A stretch of DNA of 24,000 nucleotides, taken from positions 99,308 through 123,307 of the forward strand of contig CAYGVI010000003.1 of the NCBI GenBank assembly GCA_964353335.1, written 5' to 3'. The position numbers and the translations under genes are program-made. Positions 1-6,181 of this stretch are shown here, piece after piece (positions within the stretch are counted from its first letter, which is position 1; every line of letters begins with the position of its first letter). This DNA is from an uncultured Methanosarcinales archaeon. Its GTDB lineage: Archaea; Nanobdellota; Nanobdellia; Woesearchaeales; ARS49. The notes beneath the pieces were generated by a model that ran no database searches, had not been told where the DNA came from, and was given only the letters and a program-made list of their open reading frames with translations.

Positions 1-678
1 TTTGTTGTATTCCTTCAGGACCATTCTTCCTTCTGGCTTTTTTGAACAGTCAAGCTCAAATGTTTCCATTGCGCAGTTCGGCGCGTCTCCGAGGTTAAGG
101 ACTTCTGCCTCGCCAAGGTGCTCGACCAGCGCGCGGACAAGGACATAAGGCACGTGGTGAGTCACGATAAGCCCTCTTTTGCCGCCATAGTCTCGCACCA
201 GCTTGTCAAGGAAGCTGTGGACACGCATTTCAACGTCAGGATAGTTTTCACCGCCCAATAGCCTGTACCAGTATTTGCCGTCGCGCTTCCTGTCAAAGTA
301 TTCATCAGGATATTTTTCCTTTATCATATCTGTCGTGAGTGCGTGCAGCCTTCCAAATTCCTTTTCCCTGAGCCTATTGTCCTTGTAAACCCTCAGGTCA
401 TACCCTATTTTTGACACTATTCCGCCTGCTGTCTGCAGTGTCCTTTGGTATGGCGATGAGAAGCAAAAGTCAAACTTGGGCTGTTTTGCGAGATATTCCC
501 CTGTCTTTTCTGCCTGCCACACCCCAATATCTGTCAGCGCAATGTCAGCGTCGCGTATGTTTCGCAGCCTTTCCAGTGATTGCTTAAGGTCAGCATCAAG
601 AAGGTCAGGGGTTATGTTCTGCTCTGACTGCCCGTGCCTGACAACAACAAGCCTTTTGGGCCACTTCAGCTGCACCAT
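1..678 (-). CDS. Histidine phosphatase superfamily protein (phosphoglycerate-mutase-like); C-terminus runs off the window
   Basis: Absent from the ORF track because there is no stop in the window. My minus-strand translation from ATG (cat 676-678) gives MVQLKWPKRLVVVRHGQSEQN...SSPYQRTLQTA...LIVTHHVPYV... The frame stays open to base 1 (678 = 226 codons). RHGxSExN is the catalytic motif of branch-1 histidine phosphatases, and a second His lies in VTHH. Confidence 0.8.
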   Translation of the reverse strand, partial: MVQLKWPKRLVVVRHGQSEQNITPDLLDADLKQSLERLRNIRDADIALTDIGVWQAEKTGEYLAKQPKFDFCFSSPYQRTLQTAGGIVSKIGYDLRVYKDNRLREKEFGRLHALTTDMIKEKYPDEYFDRKRDGKYWYRLLGGENYPDVEMRVHSFLDKLVRDYGGKRGLIVTHHVPYVLVRALVEHLGEAEVLNLGDAPNCAMETFELDCSKKPEGRMVLKEYNK

Positions 679-700
679 AGAATAAATGCAATTCTGCTGA

Positions 701-1555
701 TTATAAAGCTTCAGGGATTTTCATGTCATACTTCTTGCACTGGCTGCGGATAAACTCAGGCACATTGACTGTCACACCTTCGCCTTTCAGTTCAATTGTG
801 CGCGGCTCCTTGTGCATATCAAGCAGAAGCGCCTGATCTAAGTTCCCTTTCGGCACATTGCTTAAATAAATAGCCAAAACAATTCCCTGCTTGAAATCTT
901 CCAATTTGCTCTCCAATTCAGGCACTATTTTTGCCCCAAGTTCTTTTACTGCAACAAGATAGTCCATGCTTGGATAGTAGGGTATTTCACGCAGGCGCTG
1001 TTTCAGCTGTTCATCAGTTATCTTGCCTTCCTTGCGCTCCTTTTGAACGCGCTGGTATTCCGAAGGCAACATTGCATGGCCAAGATTAAAGTGCGCAGCA
1101 ACATCAAGGTCTCCTGCAATCACTTCAAGGCTTGAGCTCAGAGTGCTTAAATCATGCGCTTCCTCTCCAAAACTCCTGAATGGAAGTTCCCTGTTCAGAT
1201 TGGCAATATGCAGTATGTCGATATCAATCGTCCCGTTCCGCTTTTCCCAGTGTTTCCCGCGCGTACTACTATATTCGTTGTAAAACACATAAGCTGCCGT
1301 TGGGATTCTGAGCAATGGAGGCATTTCTTCATAGACAGGTATTGTTTTTTGCGTTGGAATTCCAAGAGCCATCTGAGTGCGCTGTGCGATCTGTCCTTTT
1401 CCGCCAAAACCTGTGCATCCTTCGTGTGTATCGCGGACTATCCTGACAAGCACCTGCTGTCCGATATTAGCGTCAATAAGCTGTTGAAGAGAATCTGTAT
1501 TCTTTTTAATAAGTTCAATTCGCTTTTCCTGTTCCTCTATAGAATACACTTCCAT
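701..1555 (-). CDS. Hypothetical protein (284 aa from the ATG), no family recognised
   Basis: Long ORF (track 701..1564). The track start at 1564 is GTG. An in-frame ATG at 1555 is preceded by GAGGTG with 6-nt spacing (minus strand gaggtgggggaaATG), so I prefer 1555. It is co-directional with, and 22 nt upstream of, the phosphatase gene. Confidence 0.6.
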   Translation of the reverse strand: MEVYSIEEQEKRIELIKKNTDSLQQLIDANIGQQVLVRIVRDTHEGCTGFGGKGQIAQRTQMALGIPTQKTIPVYEEMPPLLRIPTAAYVFYNEYSSTRGKHWEKRNGTIDIDILHIANLNRELPFRSFGEEAHDLSTLSSSLEVIAGDLDVAAHFNLGHAMLPSEYQRVQKERKEGKITDEQLKQRLREIPYYPSMDYLVAVKELGAKIVPELESKLEDFKQGIVLAIYLSNVPKGNLDQALLLDMHKEPRTIELKGEGVTVNVPEFIRSQCKKYDMKIPEAL

Positions 1556-1634
1556 TTCCCCCACCTCAAAAGCAGTAATAATACTGGTCTTTATAACGAT
1601 TTGTGGGCTGGAATAGAGATAAATCTAAGGGCTG

Positions 1635-1775
1635 ACAAACCCCGGCAGATGCCCTTGCGGACACCTGCGCAGGGAAAAAGAGGTGATTGGTATTATCTTC
1701 TTCTCGCGCGATTGAGGAATGCAAACCCACGCAGGCAGCCGAAGCCACCTGCGCGGGAAAAAGAGGTGATAGATA
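1635..1775. repeat. Imperfect tandem duplication (period about 84 bp) with a conserved 25/26-nt hairpin-forming core
   Basis: Core 1 (1662-1687) is CACCTGCGCAGGGAAAAAGAGGTGAT. Core 2 (1746-1770) is CACCTGCGCGGGAAAAAGAGGTGAT, identical apart from a 1-nt indel. The upstream flanks are also related (caaaccc..gcag..). The CACCT and AGGTG arms are complementary. A T7 run follows at 1791-1797. Confidence 0.75.
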
Positions 1776-1850
1776 TTGATTTGAGTATGATTTTTTTAGC
1801 TCTCTCCCCTTTGACTACCCCCCTTATACACGCTAATGTGTATATTATAG

Positions 1851-1858
1851 TATATAAA
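1851..1858. promoter_or_regulatory. Strong TATA-like element (TATATAAA, within tatattatagtatataaacc) with no start codon at the usual distance
   Basis: This is the best TATA match in the 420-bp intergenic region. No start codon lies 25-28 nt from it on either strand. A perfect hairpin GCTACTA-GGGAG-TAGTAGC sits at 1874-1892. Confidence 0.4.
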
Positions 1859-1984
1859 CCTTTCGGTTTTTATGCTACTAGGGAGTAGTAGCACAGTTAC
1901 GGAGCAGAGCGCCCTATTTGCTCGCCCATAACGCCTCCTAACCCCCTATAAGCTTATTAATGGGCTTTCTACTATTTAAATATT

Positions 1985-2491
1985 ATGCACAAGAAGGATT
2001 GCATCTGCAAAAAGCCCGCAAGGGTGTTTTTCACTCATTTAAGCCCCCTTTGCAGGGAATGTTTTGCCCTATTATTAAGGAGAAGGGCAAGAAAAGCCAT
2101 CCAAGACTATGGATGGCTCAAGCCAAACCAGAGAGTGTTTATCGACGGAGAAAAAGCAGTCTCAATTCTCTTCAAGTCTGCAGTAACCGGCCTTCCCCTC
2201 AAATATGTTTCCAAGAGCAAGACAGAAGTAATTATCGTCGGAAAAACAGCTGATGACGAGGCTGTTGAATTTCTTGAAAATTTATTCGCAGGAAAAAAGC
2301 AAAAAAAGAGCAAATCCCTAAATATTTTCGAGAACATAACTTCAGCAGAGCTTGAAAAATACTGCGAGCTAAAAAAAATAATCCGAAAAAACCGGAAGAA
2401 ATCCGAACTCAGGCAAAAACTTGAAGAACTTGAGCAGCGCTACCCTGGAATTATGTTTGCATTGCAGAAAAGCAGGGAGTCATTCAGCTGA
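1985..2491 (+). CDS. Miniaturised TtuA/NcsA-like (PP-loop ATPase family) protein lacking the PP-loop; probable pseudoenzyme
   Basis: 168 aa. It starts with an N-terminal Zn-ribbon-like CxC..x15..CxxC (DCICKK...LCRECF). RRRARKAIQDY..NQRVFIDGEKAVS follows, where the family has ..vaVSGGKDS. Next come IIVGKTADDEAVEFLENLFAG (compare atGHnlDDeA..lmNll.g) and ELEQRYPG. The order matches my recollection of TtuA/NcsA but with about half the length missing. The stop overlaps the next ATG (TGATG at 2489-2493). Confidence 0.45.
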   Translation: MHKKDCICKKPARVFFTHLSPLCRECFALLLRRRARKAIQDYGWLKPNQRVFIDGEKAVSILFKSAVTGLPLKYVSKSKTEVIIVGKTADDEAVEFLENLFAGKKQKKSKSLNIFENITSAELEKYCELKKIIRKNRKKSELRQKLEELEQRYPGIMFALQKSRESFS

Positions 2492-3315
2492 TGAAACAGG
2501 TTTTTATCGTCGGAGCGCTGCTATTGCTCGCAGCCTGCGCCAGAAACATCCCAATAGAAACAGGCCCTGAAATTGAGGCATACTTCTGCGAGAAAGAGAA
2601 CTGCACAACAATGCTCGCGAACCTGATCAACAACGCAGAAAACGCAAAATGCGCATTATACGACGTTAGCATTCCGGAAATAAGGAATGCTTTGAAAAAT
2701 ATCGAGTGGAAGACAGAAGACGGCAAAAGCCCATTAATGCACAACAAATTCTGCATAATTAACAAGAGCGTTGTCTGGACAGGCTCCTGGAACCCGACAA
2801 AAACAACAAGGGCAAACAATGCAGTAATAATACACTCACCAAGCCTTGCGAGAAATTATCTTGACGAATATGACGAGCTTCCTGGCGGCAGAAGGCACGT
2901 CATCCACCCTAAAGTCTCATACAACAACATAATCATAGAGAATTATTTCTGCCCAGAAGACAGGTGCAAGGAACATGTTCTGGAGCAGTTGCAGCCTGCC
3001 AAAAAGGAAATTGTGTTCATGCTCGCAGACCTGACTGACGAGGATATAATCAAGCAGTTGCAAAGGACAGACATCAAAGTAGAAGGAATAATTGACAAGT
3101 CTGAAAAAGACGCCCAAAAAGCGCTTCCTTTTGCAAAAACAGGAAACATCCACAGCAAGGTCTTTATTATTGACGCAAACACAGTCATAACAGGCTCTTA
3201 CAACCCGACAAGAAACGGCAATGAATACAACGACGAAAACATCTTAATTATCCACGACTACGCAACAGCAAAGAAGTTTTTGGACGAATACCGCACCCTT
3301 GCCGGAGTTCAGTAG
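2491..3315 (+). CDS. Phospholipase D superfamily (Nuc/endonuclease-like) protein with two HKD motifs and a signal peptide plus lipobox
   Basis: The N-terminus MKQVFIVGALLLLAAC carries the lipobox LAAC. HKD motif 1 is HNKFCIINKSVVWTGSWNPT (His codon 2740-2742). HKD motif 2 is HSKVFIIDANTVITGSYNPT (His codon 3151-3153). It is translationally coupled to the upstream gene. Confidence 0.85.
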   Translation: MKQVFIVGALLLLAACARNIPIETGPEIEAYFCEKENCTTMLANLINNAENAKCALYDVSIPEIRNALKNIEWKTEDGKSPLMHNKFCIINKSVVWTGSWNPTKTTRANNAVIIHSPSLARNYLDEYDELPGGRRHVIHPKVSYNNIIIENYFCPEDRCKEHVLEQLQPAKKEIVFMLADLTDEDIIKQLQRTDIKVEGIIDKSEKDAQKALPFAKTGNIHSKVFIIDANTVITGSYNPTRNGNEYNDENILIIHDYATAKKFLDEYRTLAGVQ

Positions 3316-3325
3316 CTTTATAAAG
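3316..3325 (+). promoter_or_regulatory. TATA box (CTTTATAAAG) for a leaderless transcript starting at ATG 3346
   Basis: The palindromic TATA is centred at 3320.5. ATG 3346 lies 25.5 nt downstream, the same spacing seen at several other genes in this window. Confidence 0.55.
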
Positions 3326-3345
3326 CCCTCGACGGTATGTGTTCT

Positions 3346-4446
3346 ATGACAAATCTGTTCGCAGTTAAGATTACGTATGAGGGAAAGCCCTGCATTTTCT
3401 GCGTTGCTGACTCTCAGGCAACAAACTCTTCTAACGGCACAAAGCACAGCGAGCAGAAACTGGTTCAGCGCGGGCATAACCTGATTATGGACACAGGCCA
3501 TGCAGGCATTGCTTATGAGGTATATGAAAAACTTCTCGGAAAAGACGGCACTGCGCCTGAAATCACAGAGCTTATCCTGAAGCTCACAGAGGATTATGCA
3601 AAGCGTTATAATGGAAACATAAGAATGCACTCCGGATTTCTCGTTGCTGGAAAGGACAAGGACGGTGTGGGAATGTATTCAGTATCTGCAATTAACCATG
3701 AGAAGTCTGTCAGGGGAATATCCCCAATACCGCAGATGTATTCAGACGGAGTGGGCGGCTATCATGTAAGGCCCGCGTTCAACCGCGATATGGAAATGGG
3801 GTATACAAAGTATCCTGAAACGCCCCTTGAGGCAATGTTCATGTGCTTCAAGGCAGGGATGAAGGCCAATGATGACCTTGGTGTGGACAGCAAGCTGCAG
3901 TATGGATTTGTTTCAGGCGACACATCAAGGCTGCTTATGCCTGTGGGAATAAATCCTGTTTCTTTCGAGGATGTCAACATATACCACACAAACATTACAG
4001 GAGTCAAATTCGAACTGACAAAGGAGAATTGTTCAAAACTTGCCGAGGCATACACTCCAGAATTCAGGACTGAAGAGGCATTTTATCATGCTTTGGAAAC
4101 AATGATGCACAGGCTTGATTCAATCGATGTCAGGTGCAACAGGCTGAACACAGAGCTTAAAACAGGAAAAGCACTGGCAGCAGAAACCAAGAAAAAGCAG
4201 GATGAGCTTAACCCGTGGGATCATGCGGTTCTTGATTACAAAATCAATCTGGAAAAGCTACAGGAGGCAAAAGCGCGCGTCCAGCCTTTTGTCGACGCAT
4301 TCATGAAAGGCGGGCTTGACAATATTGTTCCTGTTGTCAGGGAATTTGACAAGCAGCAGGAAAAAGAATACGCAAATGCTTTGTCTTCGCTGGAAGCCCA
4401 AAGGTCAAGAGAAAGAGGAGACCCACCGGACGAACCACCTATCTAA
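3346..4446 (+). CDS. Divergent Ntn-hydrolase of the proteasome-beta/HslV type with a C-terminal coiled-coil extension of about 140 aa
   Basis: From ATG 3346 the protein begins M-TNLFAVKITYEGKPCIFCVADSQAT..SEQKLV..IMDTGHAGIAYEVYEKLL...FLVAGKDKDGVGMYSV...YSDGVGG. This parallels HslV as I recall it: TTIVSV..VVIAGDGQAT..VKKV..AGFAGGTADAF...GSGG. Thr follows the initiator Met directly. The C-terminal third is heptad-like and charged (KKKQDELN...KLQEAKARVQ...QQEKEYANALSSLEAQRSRE). The track start 3337 is 3 codons upstream. Confidence 0.55.
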   Translation: MTNLFAVKITYEGKPCIFCVADSQATNSSNGTKHSEQKLVQRGHNLIMDTGHAGIAYEVYEKLLGKDGTAPEITELILKLTEDYAKRYNGNIRMHSGFLVAGKDKDGVGMYSVSAINHEKSVRGISPIPQMYSDGVGGYHVRPAFNRDMEMGYTKYPETPLEAMFMCFKAGMKANDDLGVDSKLQYGFVSGDTSRLLMPVGINPVSFEDVNIYHTNITGVKFELTKENCSKLAEAYTPEFRTEEAFYHALETMMHRLDSIDVRCNRLNTELKTGKALAAETKKKQDELNPWDHAVLDYKINLEKLQEAKARVQPFVDAFMKGGLDNIVPVVREFDKQQEKEYANALSSLEAQRSRERGDPPDEPPI

Positions 4447-4911
4447 TCACTTTATCAGCTGATGCTTTCTAAGAAGTTCTTTCAGTCTTTCAAATTCAGA
4501 GCCTGACTTGAACTCGCTCATCTTCTCAGGCGGCAATTGCTTAATCACATAAAGCGCGATTTTTGCGATTTCCTTCATATCCTGCATATTCTCGTCCTTG
4601 ACAAGCATCTGCTGGACTTCCTCTGCAGGCACATTTGCAGGCGCTTTTTCGCCCTTGCCCACAAGCCCAAGAGACTCAAGAATCCTTGTCAAAGCCCCTT
4701 TCTTCTCAAAAATATCTTCCTCGCCAGGCATTGTTTCAGGAATTTCTGCAGGGCTTCCCTCCTCATACTTCTGCACTTCCGGAGGTAGTTCTGGTTCTGG
4801 CATTTTTTTCTTCCTCTTGAACGCGCCGAATATGTCAGGGAATTTAATTCTTGCCCTGCGGCGCTGGGAAATGTACTGCTCTAGTTCTTTCTCAAATTCT
4901 CCCCTTGTCAT
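4447..4911 (-). CDS. Hypothetical acidic/charged protein (154 aa)
   Basis: ORF with an ATG start (cat 4909-4911). It is convergent with the previous gene and there is no gap between them. No recognisable motif. Confidence 0.5.
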   Translation of the reverse strand: MTRGEFEKELEQYISQRRRARIKFPDIFGAFKRKKKMPEPELPPEVQKYEEGSPAEIPETMPGEEDIFEKKGALTRILESLGLVGKGEKAPANVPAEEVQQMLVKDENMQDMKEIAKIALYVIKQLPPEKMSEFKSGSEFERLKELLRKHQLIK

Positions 4912-4917
4912 CCCTCT

Positions 4918-5008
4918 GCGTGCTTGACGCTTCTGGTTTATTAATGTGTCGGAAACACCGACGTGTTTCCGAGCACGCTCAAGAACCCCTAGCGTCGGTG
5001 GTTCTTGA
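4918..5008. promoter_or_regulatory. Cluster of nested inverted repeats (candidate structured leader RNA or operator sites)
   Basis: TCGGAAACAC (4949-4958) and GTGTTTCCGA (4963-4972) form a perfect 10-bp stem with a 4-nt loop. tCAAGAACC (4979-4987) and GGTTCTTGa (5000-5008) form a 9-bp stem with a 12-nt loop. GCGTGCT (4918-4924) pairs with AGCACGC (4972-4978), enclosing hairpin 1. CACCGACG (4956-4963) is complementary to CGTCGGTG (4993-5000), which links the two loops. Confidence 0.6.
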
Positions 5009-5114
5009 CGTTTTGGCTAATCACCGTTTATATACTTCTATGTATTATAAACAGAATATCACCTTATCTAAGATATATATCCAAATAGCCATAAAACCAG
5101 CTCTGCGGATTAAA

Positions 5115-5122
5115 TTTATAAA
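5115..5122 (+). promoter_or_regulatory. TATA box (TTTATAAA) for the leaderless small membrane protein gene
   Basis: Centre 5118.5, with ATG 5145 lying 26.5 nt downstream. Confidence 0.55.
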
Positions 5123-5144
5123 CATCCTGCAGTTAACCAAGAAT

Positions 5145-5414
5145 ATGAACATACTGCTTACAGGCGCGCTTATAGGCGGATTGGGCGGTTTGCTGAGGTC
5201 AATCATAGGGCTTGGCAAATCATTGGCTGCAAAGCGAAGAATCCGCTGGCCTTATTTCTTCATAACAGTGCTCCTCGCAGTGATTATAGGATTAATCCTC
5301 GGCGCACTGACAAGCGTGAGCAGGCCGATTGCTTTCCTTGCAGGCTATGGAGGAACTGACATTCTTGAAGGCATTGGCAAGGTCATAAAGATTATTCCGG
5401 TGGAAATAAAGTGA
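5145..5414 (+). CDS. Small hydrophobic membrane protein (89 aa, 2-3 predicted TM segments)
   Basis: This is an internal ATG of track ORF 4851..5414. The product is MNILLTGALIGGLGGLLRSIIGLGK...YFFITVLLAVIIGLILGAL...IAFLAGYGG. The upstream part of the track ORF crosses the hairpin region and the promoter. The stop overlaps the next gene's GTG start (GTGA at 5411-5414). Confidence 0.6.
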   Translation: MNILLTGALIGGLGGLLRSIIGLGKSLAAKRRIRWPYFFITVLLAVIIGLILGALTSVSRPIAFLAGYGGTDILEGIGKVIKIIPVEIK

Positions 5415-5968
5415 AGCGGGCAATAATTGTCCACGGCTGGTCAGACAACCCTGAAGGCTCGTGGTTTCCCTGGCTGAAAAGAAAGCTGGAAGAAAAAGGC
5501 ATGAAAGTTGAAGTGCCAGCAATGCCTGACACAGACATTCCAAAAATTGACGCCTGGGTAAAAAAGCTGGAAGAAACAATTGGAAAGCCTGACAGGGACA
5601 CTTTTCTCATCGGACACAGCATTGGCTGCCAGGCAATAATGCGCTATTTGGAAAAAACAAATGCAAAAGTGGGCGGTATCTTGTTTGTTGCAGGCTGGTT
5701 CACGCTAAAAGACCTTGGAAACGATGAAAAAATCATAGCAAAGCCCTGGCTGGAAACAAAGATAGACACTGACAAAGTAAAAACAAACAGGATAATTGCA
5801 ATTTTCTGCGACGATGACCCTTATGTGCCAATAACAGACGCAGAAACATTCAAAAATCGCCTCAATGCTGAAACAATCACAGTCACAGGCAAAGGCCACT
5901 TCTCAGGCGAAGACGGAGTCACAGAACTTCCAGAAGCATTGGAAGCAATCCTAACCCTCAGTCGCTGA
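5411..5968 (+). CDS. Alpha/beta serine hydrolase of the RBBP9/YdeN type
   Basis: 185 aa. IIVHGW is followed by the nucleophile elbow GHSIG (GxSxG), then DDDPYVP (Asp) and GKGHF (His), in the order typical of this small hydrolase family. GTG start coupled to the upstream ORF. Confidence 0.8.
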   Translation: MKRAIIVHGWSDNPEGSWFPWLKRKLEEKGMKVEVPAMPDTDIPKIDAWVKKLEETIGKPDRDTFLIGHSIGCQAIMRYLEKTNAKVGGILFVAGWFTLKDLGNDEKIIAKPWLETKIDTDKVKTNRIIAIFCDDDPYVPITDAETFKNRLNAETITVTGKGHFSGEDGVTELPEALEAILTLSR

Positions 5969-6179
5969 ACAAATCCTCAAATTCTTTTATCTTGCGCCTT
6001 GCCTTCCCTGCGTATATCGCCTCGAGCCAGTGCTGTTTGTCTTTCTTGCTGGCTTTTCTCCAGACGTGCTGTGCAAGAATAAATCTGGCCAAAGCAGAAA
6101 CAGCAATTTCTTTTTTCTTGGCTTCTTTCTTAAGCGCGTTAAGAATTTCAGGCGGCAATGAAGTGTAAAGTCTTGCCAT
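5958..6179 (-). CDS. Ribbon-helix-helix (CopG/MetJ-like) DNA-binding protein
   Basis: 73 aa. MARLYTSLPPEILNALKKEAKKKEIAVSALARFIL fits a beta-strand, helix, helix RHH pattern. The ATG at 6179 lies 2 nt after the stop of the upstream lipoprotein gene. The 3' end overlaps the convergent hydrolase gene by 11 nt. Confidence 0.65.
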   Translation of the reverse strand: MARLYTSLPPEILNALKKEAKKKEIAVSALARFILAQHVWRKASKKDKQHWLEAIYAGKARRKIKEFEDLFSD

Positions 6180-6181
6180 TT

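Noticed and set aside
476-685. 69-aa plus-strand ORF
   Set aside because: It is antisense to the histidine phosphatase gene, which has clear catalytic motifs. The translation is Cys/Ser-rich, typical of an antisense frame.
1700-1725. Possible RNase P RNA CR-I-like sequence (GAGGAATGCAAACCC)
   Set aside because: It matches the GAGGAAAGUCC consensus only over the first six bases. I could not find the other conserved regions nearby.
1662-1770. Possible mini-CRISPR array (two 25/26-nt near-identical repeats)
   Set aside because: There are only two copies and the spacer is about 58 nt, longer than typical. The sequences flanking the cores are themselves homologous, which points to tandem duplication of a longer unit. 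No cas genes are in the window.
1787-1888. 33-aa ORF (MIFLALSPLTTPLIHANVYIIVYKPFGFYATRE) downstream of the second GAGGTGAT
   Set aside because: The SD-to-ATG spacing is 16 nt, which is too long. The ORF starts just before a T7 run and reads straight through the strongest TATA element, and I have no conservation evidence. It should be kept only as something to test.
1154-1888. 244-aa plus-strand ORF
   Set aside because: It is antisense to the better-supported gene 701..1555 and then runs through the intergenic repeats and promoter elements. Its low-complexity, Leu/Phe/Arg-rich translation has no motifs.
5958-6179. RHH protein as the antitoxin of a toxin-antitoxin pair
   Set aside because: There is no adjacent small toxin-like ORF. 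The gene is the last cistron of the lipoprotein operon and overlaps a convergent hydrolase gene.
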